Below are positions 44,778 through 53,469 of a DNA stretch of 64,000 nt, piece by piece. The stretch comes from Paludibacteraceae bacterium (GTDB lineage: Bacteria; Bacteroidota; Bacteroidia; Bacteroidales; Paludibacteraceae). A program made the translations under genes and the position numbers. The stretch covers positions 2,436-66,435 of the forward strand of contig JAKSNJ010000007.1 in NCBI GenBank assembly GCA_024399965.1. Direction: 5' to 3'. The notes under the pieces are model-generated. The model made no database searches and was not told the DNA's origin. It saw only the letters and a program-made list of their open reading frames with translations. Each line of letters starts with the position of its first letter. The stretch's first letter is position 1.

Positions 44778-45930
44778 GTGGCTGAACATTCCTATGTGGG
44801 AATATGTACTTGCCGGCGTGCTGGCGGTACTGTTCATTTACCAAGTGTATTTCTACGCGCGGTATATCGGCAAGGTAGGTCGGGGCAAAGGTGCCTGTGC
44901 TGCACAGCCAGAAGCCACACCTGCAACAGCGGACATGCCCGGGGTATCAGTCATCGTGTCGGCACGTAACGAAGAGGACAACCTGACCAACTACCTGCAG
45001 CAATTATTAGAGCAGGATTATCCCAAGTTTGAGGTCATTGTGGTCAATGACGGTTCGGAAGACCGCACCCAAATGGTGCTGGAGGAGTACCGCCTCAAAT
45101 ATACCAATTTACACGTCACTTTTGTGCCTACTGAGGCCCGCGTAACGTCCAGCAAGAAATTGGCACTGACGCTTGCAGTCAAGGCCGCCAATTATGAATA
45201 CCTGTTACTGACTGACGCCGACTGCGTACCCGAGTCCAATCAATGGATTAAATGCATGATGGCCCCGATAGCCGACAAGAACGAGAAGCAAATCGTATTG
45301 GGTTACAGCCCCTATTTCCCCGAAAAAACGGCCGTCAATGAGGTCATTCGGTTTGATACTTTGTTCACGGGCTTGCACTACATGGGTCGCGCCATGGCAG
45401 GACATCCATATATGGGCGTGGGGCGCAATATGCTCTACCGCCGGTCGATGTTTATGGCACAAAAGGGCTTTGCCGGACTGCTGATGATGCGTTCGGGCGA
45501 TGACGACCTGTTTGTGAACAAAGTGGCTACGCACAAAAATGTAGCAGTGTCTTGTTCGCCGGACGCATTGTGTTGGTCCGTTCCCAAACGCACCTATACG
45601 GAGTGGCTGATGCAAAAAAGAAGGCACCTGTCGGTTTCGCCCCACTATAAACAAAGTACGCGCATGATGTTGGGCATCGAACCGCTGACACGCGGGCTGT
45701 GGTATATGGCACTCATTGTATGCTTTGTTTGGGGTACGGCGTGGCTGAGTTTGGTGGCTTGGGTGCTGTTCGTGGTACGTCTGCTGATGCAAGTGGGTAT
45801 CATGAATCATACTGCCCGCAAACTCGGTGAACAGACCTTTGGCTTAGAGGTGCTGTGGTACGATATGTGTCTGCCCGTTCTGACGGCTTACCTGCTATCT
45901 ACACAACCCAAACACCCTGCAAAATGGTAA
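44767..45930 (+). CDS. Glycosyltransferase family 2, membrane-anchored
   Basis: VSVIVSARNEEDNL, IVVNDGSED, LTDADC, and C-terminal TM helices. Confidence 0.85.
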   Translation: MMSEWLNIPMWEYVLAGVLAVLFIYQVYFYARYIGKVGRGKGACAAQPEATPATADMPGVSVIVSARNEEDNLTNYLQQLLEQDYPKFEVIVVNDGSEDRTQMVLEEYRLKYTNLHVTFVPTEARVTSSKKLALTLAVKAANYEYLLLTDADCVPESNQWIKCMMAPIADKNEKQIVLGYSPYFPEKTAVNEVIRFDTLFTGLHYMGRAMAGHPYMGVGRNMLYRRSMFMAQKGFAGLLMMRSGDDDLFVNKVATHKNVAVSCSPDALCWSVPKRTYTEWLMQKRRHLSVSPHYKQSTRMMLGIEPLTRGLWYMALIVCFVWGTAWLSLVAWVLFVVRLLMQVGIMNHTARKLGEQTFGLEVLWYDMCLPVLTAYLLSTQPKHPAKW

Positions 45931-45952
45931 TACATAACGAATATAAATAACT

Positions 45953-46258
45953 ATGGAAGAACAAAAACTTAACATCAACCTGACCCCTGAAATGGCGGAA
46001 GGTGTTTATGCTAACTTGGCTATTATCTCACACTCCTCGTCGGAGTTCGTTGCCGATTTTGTGCGAATGATGCCCGGACTGAAACAGGCCAACGTCAAAT
46101 CACGTATCATTCTTACTCCCGAACACGCCAAAAAACTGCTCTTTGCCCTGCAAGACAATATAGCCAAGTACGAGCAGCAGTTTGGTAAGATACAGATATC
46201 CGGCACCCCGATGCCGGGTTCGACTATTCCCATGTCCTTCGGTGGCGGAGAAGCATAA
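45953..46258 (+). CDS. DUF3467-like small protein
   Basis: 101 aa. ..GVYANLAIISHSSSEFVADF..R.ILTPEHAKKLL.AL. Confidence 0.6.
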   Translation: MEEQKLNINLTPEMAEGVYANLAIISHSSSEFVADFVRMMPGLKQANVKSRIILTPEHAKKLLFALQDNIAKYEQQFGKIQISGTPMPGSTIPMSFGGGEA

Positions 46259-46281
46259 ATAATTAATATTACCGATTTACT

Positions 46282-47157
46282 ATGAAAACGTTTCCTACTT
46301 CACAACTCATTATCAATGAGGACGGCTCGGCGTTTCATTTGCACCTGAAGCCGGAGTTTTTAGCCGATAAGATTATTTTGGTCGGCGACCAAGACCGTGT
46401 CAATATGGTGGCTTCGTTCTTTGACGAAGGAAGCATAGAATGTGACGTTCAGTCACGTGAGTTTCACACCATAACGGGCAAGTACCACGGCAAACGTATA
46501 TCGTGTATCTCTACCGGCATAGGTACGGACAACTGCGACATCGTTATGAACGAGATAGACGCATTGGCCAATATTGATTTCGCTACGCGTACCGAGAAAG
46601 CCGTTAAACGCCAATTGGAGATTATTCGTATCGGCACCTGTGGCGGTATGCAGGAGGATATTCCTTTAGGCACGTTCCTTGTCAGCCAAAAGAGTATCGG
46701 TTTTGATGGCGTGTTAGCGTTTTATGCCAACCGTGACCAAATAGCCGATGTGGGCTTTGAAAACGCTTTGGTGGACTATATCCATTACCCCGAAAAGGCA
46801 GCGCGTCCGTACGTGGTGGCAGCCAACGAGGAACTGGTTGACCGTATTGCCCGCAACGACATGATGCGCGGTTGCACCATCGCTGCCAACGGTTTCTACG
46901 GTCCTCAGGGACGGGTGCTGCGGATTGATTTGGCTGTGCCGGACATCAACGAGCGCATCTCTGATTTCCGTTACGAAAGGCAACGTATCACCAACTACGA
47001 GATGGAAGGCAGTTGTATAGCCGGTCTGGCCCTTCACATGGGGCATAAGGCGATGACCGTATGCTGCGTGATTGCACAACGCAAGGTAGAGGCCGCCAAC
47101 ACGGATTATAAACCGAGAATAAAAGAATTAGTACAGACAGTTTTAGACCGTTTCTAA
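46282..47157 (+). CDS. Nucleoside phosphorylase (PNP/UDP family 1)
   Basis: ..ILVGD..RV.., ISC.STGIG..N..I...E, RIGTCGG, E.MEG. Confidence 0.8.
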   Translation: MKTFPTSQLIINEDGSAFHLHLKPEFLADKIILVGDQDRVNMVASFFDEGSIECDVQSREFHTITGKYHGKRISCISTGIGTDNCDIVMNEIDALANIDFATRTEKAVKRQLEIIRIGTCGGMQEDIPLGTFLVSQKSIGFDGVLAFYANRDQIADVGFENALVDYIHYPEKAARPYVVAANEELVDRIARNDMMRGCTIAANGFYGPQGRVLRIDLAVPDINERISDFRYERQRITNYEMEGSCIAGLALHMGHKAMTVCCVIAQRKVEAANTDYKPRIKELVQTVLDRF

Positions 47158-47158
47158 T

Positions 47159-49141
47159 ATGAAAAAATGCTTATTGGGCTTGTTATGCTTGCCGATGTTA
47201 ATATCTTGTCAAAAACAACAGTTTAGTTACCACGTGGATAGATTTTACGATTTAGAGTTATTGCGCTACGAAGTGCCCGGTTGGGACCAATTGAGCGTGC
47301 AGCAAAAGACATTGGTGTACTACCTGTCCGAAGCCGCCTTGCAGGGGCGCGATATATTGTACGACCAAAACGGCCGTTACAACCTCCGTATCCGTCGGAC
47401 GCTGGAGAACTTATACACGAACTACCCCTATGACAAAAACACGGAGGAGTTTGCCCTGTTTGAGAAATACCTCAAGCGCGTGTGGTTCAGCAACGGTATT
47501 CACCACCACTACAGCGAAGATAAGTTCCTGCCCGAATTTACGCAGGAGTGGTTTGTAGAGGCATGTGCCCAAGCCGGTGTGGAATACGATGCAGCCATCT
47601 TGCCCGTTATGTTTGACCCTAACGTGATGGCTAAGCGCACTAACCAAGCTGCCGGTGTGGACTTAGTGGCTTGTTCTGCCGGCAATTACTACGGCGAGGG
47701 CGTGACCCAAGCCGAAGCTGAGGCATGGTATGAACAACATAAAGACACTACCGACGAACCACTGTGGATAGGGCTGAATAGCCAATTATGCAAGGATTCC
47801 ACTGGCGCTATTTACGAGCGCACCTATCGCATAGGTGGCTTATACGGCGAGGCGTTAGAGAAAATCAATTTCTGGTTAGAGAAGGCCTTGGAGGTGGCTG
47901 AAAACGATACCCAACGGGAAGTGATTGCCCACCTGATTGAATACAACCGTTCCGGTAATCTGCGCAGTTTCAATGCCTACTGCATCGCTTGGGTCAAGGA
48001 CCTTGAGAGCCGTGTGGACTTTGTGAACGGATTTACAGAGACCTATGCCGACCCCTTAGGCATCACGGGTACGTGGGAGTCGATTGTCAACTTCAAGGAC
48101 TTGGAGGCGACGCACCGTACCGAAATCATTTCCGCCAACGCACAGTGGTTTGAGGACCACTCCACCACCGACCCTATCTATAAGAAAGAGGAGGTAAAGG
48201 GTGTTAGTGCCAAGGTGATTACGGCTGCTATCTTGGCAGGTGACTGCTATCCGGCTACGCCTATCGGTATCAACCTGCCCAACGCCAACTGGATTCGCAA
48301 GTCGTATGGCAGCAAATCCGTTACGATAGACAACCTCGTTAAAGCATATAACGAGTCCGCCAAGGGCAACGGTTTCAACGAGGAGTTTATGATAGATGAC
48401 GAGATACGTGCGTTATATGACCAATATGGTGCCGTTTGCGGTGACTTGCATACCGACTTGCACGAGTGCGTCGGTCACGGTTCCGGTAAACTCATGCCGG
48501 GTGTGAGCAAGGATGCACTGAAGGAACATGCCTCCACCATAGAGGAAACACGTGCCGACCTGTTTGCCCTCTATTTCGTGGCAGACAGTAAATTGGTTGA
48601 GTTGGGGTTATTGCCGAACAAAGAGGCCTACAAGGCAGCTTATTACCAGCAGATGATGAATGGCTTGATGACGCAGTTGGTGCGTATCGAACCGGGTAAG
48701 GACATCGAGGAGGCACACATGCGCAATCGTCAGTTGATAGCCGCTTGGGTATTTGACCACTGTGAGAAGAACGAGATGGAAATCATTGAGCGCGATGGCA
48801 AACACTACTTGCAGATTAACGACTACGAGGGTGTTCGCCGTGTAGTAGGCGATATGTTAGCAGAGATACAGCGTATTACCTCCGAAGGCGACTATGCCGC
48901 GGCGAAGACATTGGTGGAGACGTATGCCGTTAAGGTGGATCAAGACTTGCATAAAGAGATTTTGGCGCGCTATGCTAAACTGAATTTGGCACCGTATAAG
49001 GGTTTTGTTAATCCTGTTTATACACCTGTTATGAACAAGAACGGTGTGATTACCGACGTCAAAATAGATTATACCGAAGGGTATGTAGAGCAGCACTTGC
49101 GCTATAGTCGAGACTACTCCAATCTGCCCGATGTGAATTGA
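47159..49141 (+). CDS. Dipeptidyl-peptidase III family (M49) lipoprotein
   Basis: HECVGHGSG zinc motif and downstream EE.RADL. Lipobox LISC. Confidence 0.8.
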   Translation: MKKCLLGLLCLPMLISCQKQQFSYHVDRFYDLELLRYEVPGWDQLSVQQKTLVYYLSEAALQGRDILYDQNGRYNLRIRRTLENLYTNYPYDKNTEEFALFEKYLKRVWFSNGIHHHYSEDKFLPEFTQEWFVEACAQAGVEYDAAILPVMFDPNVMAKRTNQAAGVDLVACSAGNYYGEGVTQAEAEAWYEQHKDTTDEPLWIGLNSQLCKDSTGAIYERTYRIGGLYGEALEKINFWLEKALEVAENDTQREVIAHLIEYNRSGNLRSFNAYCIAWVKDLESRVDFVNGFTETYADPLGITGTWESIVNFKDLEATHRTEIISANAQWFEDHSTTDPIYKKEEVKGVSAKVITAAILAGDCYPATPIGINLPNANWIRKSYGSKSVTIDNLVKAYNESAKGNGFNEEFMIDDEIRALYDQYGAVCGDLHTDLHECVGHGSGKLMPGVSKDALKEHASTIEETRADLFALYFVADSKLVELGLLPNKEAYKAAYYQQMMNGLMTQLVRIEPGKDIEEAHMRNRQLIAAWVFDHCEKNEMEIIERDGKHYLQINDYEGVRRVVGDMLAEIQRITSEGDYAAAKTLVETYAVKVDQDLHKEILARYAKLNLAPYKGFVNPVYTPVMNKNGVITDVKIDYTEGYVEQHLRYSRDYSNLPDVN

Positions 49142-50913
49142 TGGCTATTGACCTGCCAATATCAAAAAGTATAGCGAACCGTCTATTGATGTTGCAAGCT
49201 ATTCACGGAGACCCCCTCTTGGAGGTCTCTTGTGATATGCCCGACGATGTCCGCCTCATTCATGACGTATTAAGCCACCTATCACCTACCTGCTACAACC
49301 TACCACCTACAACCTATCACCTCTCCAATTGTGGCACGGCTATGCGTTTCCTGACGGCTTATTGTGCGCAGTTAGAGGGCTGTGAAGTCGTCTTGGACGG
49401 AGATGAACGTATGCACCACCGGCCGATAGGGCAATTGGTAGATGCTCTCGTGCGCGCAGGGGCGCATATAGAATATATAGGTGAGCAGGGCTATCCGCCT
49501 TTGCGTATTATGGGGCGTGCGTTGCCTCGTACTGCGATTACATTGCTGCACCCGCAATCGTCACAATTTGTAAGCGCATTGCTCTTGATGGGCTTTCCTG
49601 TAACGACCGACTGCCGTTCACCGTATATCGCTATGACCCAACACATCATAGCCAACTACCGTGCATTGTGCATTGCCAACCGTCCATTGGAGAAGGATTG
49701 GTCAGCTGCGGCTTTTTGGTATGAGTACGTGGCGTTGCATGGTGGCGAATTGGAGTTACCGGGGTTGAGTGCGCATAGTGTACAGGGAGATAAGGTAGTG
49801 GCAGACCTGTTCCGTCCGTTGGGGGTGGCAACCACCTACACCGATACAGGTATTCGAATACGCCGAACGGGTAATGTGAATGGCTGCCCAAGAGTGGTGG
49901 ATTTTACGGACTGTCCGGACCTTTACCCGGCAGTGGCTATTACTTATAGGCAGTTGGCTAAACCGTTGATAGCACGTGGCACAGCGTCCCTGCGTATTAA
50001 GGAAAGCGACCGCATCAAGGCCGTTCAGCAGCAAACGACCTACCACGACCACCGTATAGCCATGGCCTTGCTGGCTGCCGACCTGCCTTGCGACGATAAG
50101 GAATGTGTTTCCAAGTCCTACCCTCGTTTTGTAGAACAACTGTCAACTGTCAACTCTCAATTCTCAACTGTCATTCCGCGCCGAGGAATTAACGACGAGG
50201 GCAAGGGTAAGAAATATGCCTTGCATAAACTCATTTCTGCTGCCACTACCGACTATGTGTGGCTGATGGACGATGATGTTCTCCCAGCCCCCATTCTCCA
50301 TTCTCCATTCTCCATTCTCCATTTTCCTGCCGACCTATATATTTTGCCCCTGAAGATGGTGGAGGGACGGTCTTTATTGGAGCGTTTGCAGGTGGCTGAA
50401 TATGCAGCCATTCAGGAGGTGACAATGCGTACTGCGAAGCGGGGCAAGGCAGTGATGTGCAGTGGGGCGAACTTAATTGTGCGGAGAGAAAGGTGGTTGG
50501 AGAGTTATGCTGATTTGCATACGGACATACCCAGTGGCGATGATATGTTTTTGTTGGAGTCGTTTCGCCGTCGCGGTTTGCAGATAAGTGTGATTGACCG
50601 CCCCGAATATACGGCTACGGTTACTGCTATACCTTCGTGGCGTGCGTTTTTTAGGCAACGTATGCGTTGGGCAGGCAAGGCGCCTCACTATACGGACCGT
50701 TATATCATTCGTTACGGGGCTGTTGTGCTGGGGGCTAATATGCTGCAACTGCTTTGTCCGCCGGTGTTGCTGGTGAAGTTCCCGTATGAATATCGTCTCA
50801 TCAAAAAAAGAGACCCGCAGGTCTCTTTTTGGATTGCTCTGTTGTTAGAGGTGTTATACCCCTATTACATGTTATTAGTCCTCTTGGGAGGGCTCTTCCG
50901 TCGCAGCTGGTAA
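49138..50913 (+). CDS. aroA: Single ORF joining a 3-phosphoshikimate 1-carboxyvinyltransferase-like (AroA) region (about aa 1-335) to the C-terminal two-thirds of a GT2 glycosyltransferase
   Basis: AroA-like: SKSIANRLL, NCGTAMRFL, RMHHRPIG.LVDAL, SSQFVSALLL, SPYIAMT, LRIKESDR, DHRIAMA, SKSYP.F. GT2-like: GKGKKYAL...., LMDDDV, QRMRWAGK, and TM helices. Heptamer arrays lie at 49275, 49661, 50138 (the junction) and 50292. Confidence 0.7.
   Translation: MMAIDLPISKSIANRLLMLQAIHGDPLLEVSCDMPDDVRLIHDVLSHLSPTCYNLPPTTYHLSNCGTAMRFLTAYCAQLEGCEVVLDGDERMHHRPIGQLVDALVRAGAHIEYIGEQGYPPLRIMGRALPRTAITLLHPQSSQFVSALLLMGFPVTTDCRSPYIAMTQHIIANYRALCIANRPLEKDWSAAAFWYEYVALHGGELELPGLSAHSVQGDKVVADLFRPLGVATTYTDTGIRIRRTGNVNGCPRVVDFTDCPDLYPAVAITYRQLAKPLIARGTASLRIKESDRIKAVQQQTTYHDHRIAMALLAADLPCDDKECVSKSYPRFVEQLSTVNSQFSTVIPRRGINDEGKGKKYALHKLISAATTDYVWLMDDDVLPAPILHSPFSILHFPADLYILPLKMVEGRSLLERLQVAEYAAIQEVTMRTAKRGKAVMCSGANLIVRRERWLESYADLHTDIPSGDDMFLLESFRRRGLQISVIDRPEYTATVTAIPSWRAFFRQRMRWAGKAPHYTDRYIIRYGAVVLGANMLQLLCPPVLLVKFPYEYRLIKKRDPQVSFWIALLLEVLYPYYMLLVLLGGLFRRSW
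49275..49323 (+). repeat. Heptamer micro-array, 7 units (ccaccta tcaccta cctgcta caaccta ccaccta caaccta tcacctc), in frame in the AroA-like region
   Basis: Direct reading. It encodes ..HLSPTCYNLPPTTYHLS.. immediately before the NCGTAMR motif. Confidence 0.9.
49661..49688 (+). repeat. Heptamer micro-array (gtgcatt gtgcatt gccaacc gtccatt), in frame in the AroA-like region
   Basis: Direct reading. It shares ccgtgcattgtgcattg with the intergenic array at 43451..43468. Confidence 0.8.
50138..50172 (+). repeat. Heptamer micro-array, 5 units (aactgtc aactgtc aactctc aattctc aactgtc), at the AroA/GT2 junction
   Basis: Direct reading. It encodes EQLSTVNSQFSTV. Confidence 0.9.
50292..50326 (+). repeat. 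Heptamer micro-array, 5 units (cattctc x4, cattttc), in frame in the GT2-like region
   Basis: Direct reading. It encodes PILHSPFSILHFP. Confidence 0.9.
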
Positions 50914-51219
50914 TGCCTCTTGTGCAGTAGGAAGTGCGCTGGCAGCTTGCTCTACTTGTTCGGTAATAGCACTTTCGTCAGCGGAAGCTTCTTGTTGCCC
51001 TTTGCTCATGCCAACGGCTAAAATACTCAGGAAAACAATGATAGCAGCCAATGTCCAACTGGCTTTTTCCAAAAAGTCGGCAGTCTTGGGCGCGCCCATT
51101 ACTTGGTTACCACTGGCAAAACCGGCAGCCAAACCTCCACCTTTACTGTTTTGAACCAATACCAAAAGAGTCAGCAGAATAGCTGCAATAACAATCAAAA
51201 TTGTAAAAAGAATGTACAT
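50875..51219 (-). CDS. secG: Preprotein translocase subunit SecG
   Basis: The N-terminal TM helix followed by LVQNSKGGGLAAGF is the SecG signature. The acidic C-terminal tail overlaps the convergent ORF end by 39 nt. Confidence 0.88.
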   Translation of the reverse strand: MYILFTILIVIAAILLTLLVLVQNSKGGGLAAGFASGNQVMGAPKTADFLEKASWTLAAIIVFLSILAVGMSKGQQEASADESAITEQVEQAASALPTAQEALPAATEEPSQED

Positions 51220-51260
51220 AATTGTATGTTGTTTTATTATTTATCGTACTAAACGGACTG

Positions 51261-51292
51261 CAAAGGTACTATTTTTTTTTGATATACGCAAA
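51261..51292 (-). promoter_or_regulatory. Promoter of secG (TTTG-N20-TAccTTTG)
   Basis: Minus strand reads TTTGcgtatatcaaaaaaaaatagTAccTTTGcag. Confidence 0.7.
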
Positions 51293-51307
51293 TTTTTCCG
51301 CATAAAA

Positions 51308-51811
51308 TTACCATTTTGCAACGGTATCGTTGTAAATACTCTCTGCTATTTCGGTTATCATAGTGGCACATAATTCATCTTGCACGTCCGTGAGCAACTG
51401 ATTGCTGTCGAATGTTTGGTAGGCGGTGTAGGTCTTTTCAAAACTCTCGTCGGGGTTGATGTTGTTGGTAAAGCGCACACGCACGGTGATGGTTAGTTTG
51501 GTCTCGGCTGCATAACTGTCGGCAGCAATAGACATATTCGCCAAGTCGTAGCCCGTAATCTCACCCTCCAACTCCAATTGTCCGCCTTTGCGCAGTATCT
51601 CGAGGCGTGTTTGGCGGGCAAAGAGGTCACGAATACCCTCACTTAAGTCTTGACTGAGTGGGGCATAAACGAGGGCCGCCATATTGGGAAAGTCGGCAAT
51701 AGATATGTTGTGCGTTGTGGCGTAGTCGATACTGGCACCGTTGAATTTATAACTGATGGCACAACTGCTCAGCACCATTCCCAATATACCTATAATGACT
51801 ATCTTCTTCAT
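51308..51811 (-). CDS. LptE-like LPS-assembly lipoprotein
   Basis: Lipobox VLSSC. 167 aa. The conserved Bacteroidota context is sigma-54 activator / LptE-like / SecG. Confidence 0.6.
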   Translation of the reverse strand: MKKIVIIGILGMVLSSCAISYKFNGASIDYATTHNISIADFPNMAALVYAPLSQDLSEGIRDLFARQTRLEILRKGGQLELEGEITGYDLANMSIAADSYAAETKLTITVRVRFTNNINPDESFEKTYTAYQTFDSNQLLTDVQDELCATMITEIAESIYNDTVAKW

Positions 51812-51814
51812 CTT

Positions 51815-51835
51815 CTCTAAACTCTAAACTGCAGG
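51815..51835. repeat. Short heptamer array (ctctaaa ctctaaa ctgcagg) upstream of the LptE-like start
   Basis: Direct reading. Only about 3 units. Confidence 0.55.
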
Positions 51836-51857
51836 CGACTTGTCGCCGTCCTCTAAA

Positions 51858-53021
51858 CTACAACCCGTACTCCTTTATCTTCCTGTAGAGGGTACGTTCG
51901 GACTTGCCTAACAATTTAGCGGCGTCGCGTCGGTTGCCTTTGGTTTTTTCCAGAGTCTTGCGTATCATCTCTTTCTCAACCTCTTCCATGCTACTCACTT
52001 CTTCGGCATAAACGGCTGCTTCCTCTACGTCACGAATCTCCATTTTTGGTTTGGGATTTTCTACGGTAGATTGTTGCCGTTGCATCTTGAGGGCATTGAG
52101 TTGCTGGCGCATCTCGCTCATGTCGCGTTTCATGTCAAACAGCACTTTGTAGAGCAATTCGCGCTCGTTCATAAAGTTTTCGTTACTCTGCGCATTGGCG
52201 GTGCCACCCAAAACGAGGGCGTTGGCGCGTTCGTTTTCGGGCAAGTACTTACGCAGGGTGTCCGCCATGATGTCGTGGTTTTGCTCAATGATACTGATTT
52301 GTTCGGCCACGTTCTTCAGTTGGCGCACATTGCCGTTCCAGTAGTAACTCTTGAGCAGGTTGGTCGCCTCTTCGTTGAGCCGAATGGCCGGCATACGGTA
52401 TTTCTCACTGAAATCAACGGCAAACTTGCGGAATAGCATTGGTATATCGTCTTTGCGCTCGCGCAAGGCAGGTACTTTTATTTCTACGGTATTGAGACGG
52501 TAATACAGATCTTCGCGGAAACGGCCGTTGCGAATGGCGTCCTGCATATTGAGGTTGGTGGCTGCCACTACGCGCACATTCGTTTTTTGCACTTGGCTGC
52601 TGCCCATACGAATGAACTCACCTGTTTCCAATACGCGCAACAGACGCACTTGGGTAGCGATGGGAAGTTCCCCTACTTCGTCCAAGAAGAGTGTACCGCC
52701 GTTGGCTATTTCAAAGTATCCCTTTCGCTCGGCTTTGGCGTCGGTAAAGGCGCCTTTTTCGTGGCCAAACAACTCACTATCAATGGTTCCCTCTGGGATA
52801 GCACCGCAGTTAACGGCAAAATACGGACCGTGTTTGCGTGTGCTGAAGGCGTGTATTATTTGTGGGAAGAATTCTTTTCCGACACCCGACTCACCGGTCA
52901 CTAACACGCTCAACTCGGTGGGTGCTACTTGCACTGCCACTTCAATCGCACGATTCAGATGAGCGTCCTGCCCAATGATGCCAAATCGTTGCTTAATCGC
53001 CTGTAAATCTTGTGTTGTCAT
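51858..53021 (-). CDS. Sigma-54-dependent transcriptional activator (AAA+ plus Fis-type HTH, no receiver domain)
   Basis: GESGVGKE Walker A, GAFTDA (GAFTGA-like), LFLDEVGEL, and C-terminal HTH AAKLLGKSERTLYRKIKEYG. Start set at the ATG at 53021. Confidence 0.88.
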   Translation of the reverse strand: MTTQDLQAIKQRFGIIGQDAHLNRAIEVAVQVAPTELSVLVTGESGVGKEFFPQIIHAFSTRKHGPYFAVNCGAIPEGTIDSELFGHEKGAFTDAKAERKGYFEIANGGTLFLDEVGELPIATQVRLLRVLETGEFIRMGSSQVQKTNVRVVAATNLNMQDAIRNGRFREDLYYRLNTVEIKVPALRERKDDIPMLFRKFAVDFSEKYRMPAIRLNEEATNLLKSYYWNGNVRQLKNVAEQISIIEQNHDIMADTLRKYLPENERANALVLGGTANAQSNENFMNERELLYKVLFDMKRDMSEMRQQLNALKMQRQQSTVENPKPKMEIRDVEEAAVYAEEVSSMEEVEKEMIRKTLEKTKGNRRDAAKLLGKSERTLYRKIKEYGL

Positions 53022-53045
53022 ATCTCGTCTGCCAATTTGGCAGTG

Positions 53046-53125
53046 CAAAAGTACACTTTTTTTTTGATATATGCAAATCTTTTTACAAAAAGATGGATTT
53101 AACCGCCATTTTGTGGCTAAATGTT
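53046..53125 (-). promoter_or_regulatory. Promoter (TTTG 53074..53077, TActTTTG 53046..53053) plus conserved upstream module of the sigma-54 activator gene
   Basis: Minus strand reads catttagccacaaaatggcggttaaatccatctttttgtaaaaagaTTTGcatatatcaaaaaaaaagtgTActTTTGcac. Confidence 0.7.
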
Positions 53126-53134
53126 ATGTTGCTC

Positions 53135-53360
53135 CCTGTTTGCAACATAACATCAACATAACATAGTCGATGGTTGGCAATACGGCTAAAAAGGGGCGAG
53201 TAAAGCGCGAGTGTATTTCGTGACCACATCGCGACCACTCAATCACTGCCAAAACCAAGGATTTTGCACCCCAAAAACACCCAAAATTCACCCTCCGTGT
53301 ATCGTTCGTTCATCGTTCGTATATCGTTGGTCTCGAGATAGACGAACGATGAGAGGGTGA
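53135..53360 (-). repeat. Intergenic repeat family, copy C (full length, inverted relative to A and B)
   Basis: The reverse complement aligns with 43480..43710 over about 230 bp with scattered substitutions. Confidence 0.92.
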
Positions 53361-53416
53361 TGAGCACCCCGACCTCCTCAGAAAGGAGGAGGCAGGAGAT
53401 AAAAAAATACAAATTA

Positions 53417-53448
53417 TTTGTGTATTTCAAAAATTTTTAGTAACTTTG
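53417..53448 (+). promoter_or_regulatory. Promoter of the methyltransferase island (TTTG-N20-TAacTTTG)
   Basis: atTTGtgtatttcaaaaatttttagTAacTTTGcaa. Confidence 0.65.
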
Positions 53449-53469
53449 CAACGGCAAAGATAACTATAT

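Noticed and set aside
204-51835. Whether the heptamer arrays could be CRISPR arrays or classical phase-variation tracts
   Set aside because: - They are not CRISPR. The units are 7 bp with no spacers, and there are no cas genes in the window.
- They are not typical contingency loci. The units are degenerate rather than identical, and several arrays sit in essential genes (ileS) where frameshifting would be lethal.
5987-53360. Whether the 230-bp repeat is an IS element or prophage/ICE boundary
   Set aside because: No transposase, integrase or relaxase ORF occurs anywhere in the window, and I could not identify clear terminal inverted repeats or target-site duplications by eye. A non-autonomous element remains possible and is reported as a finding.
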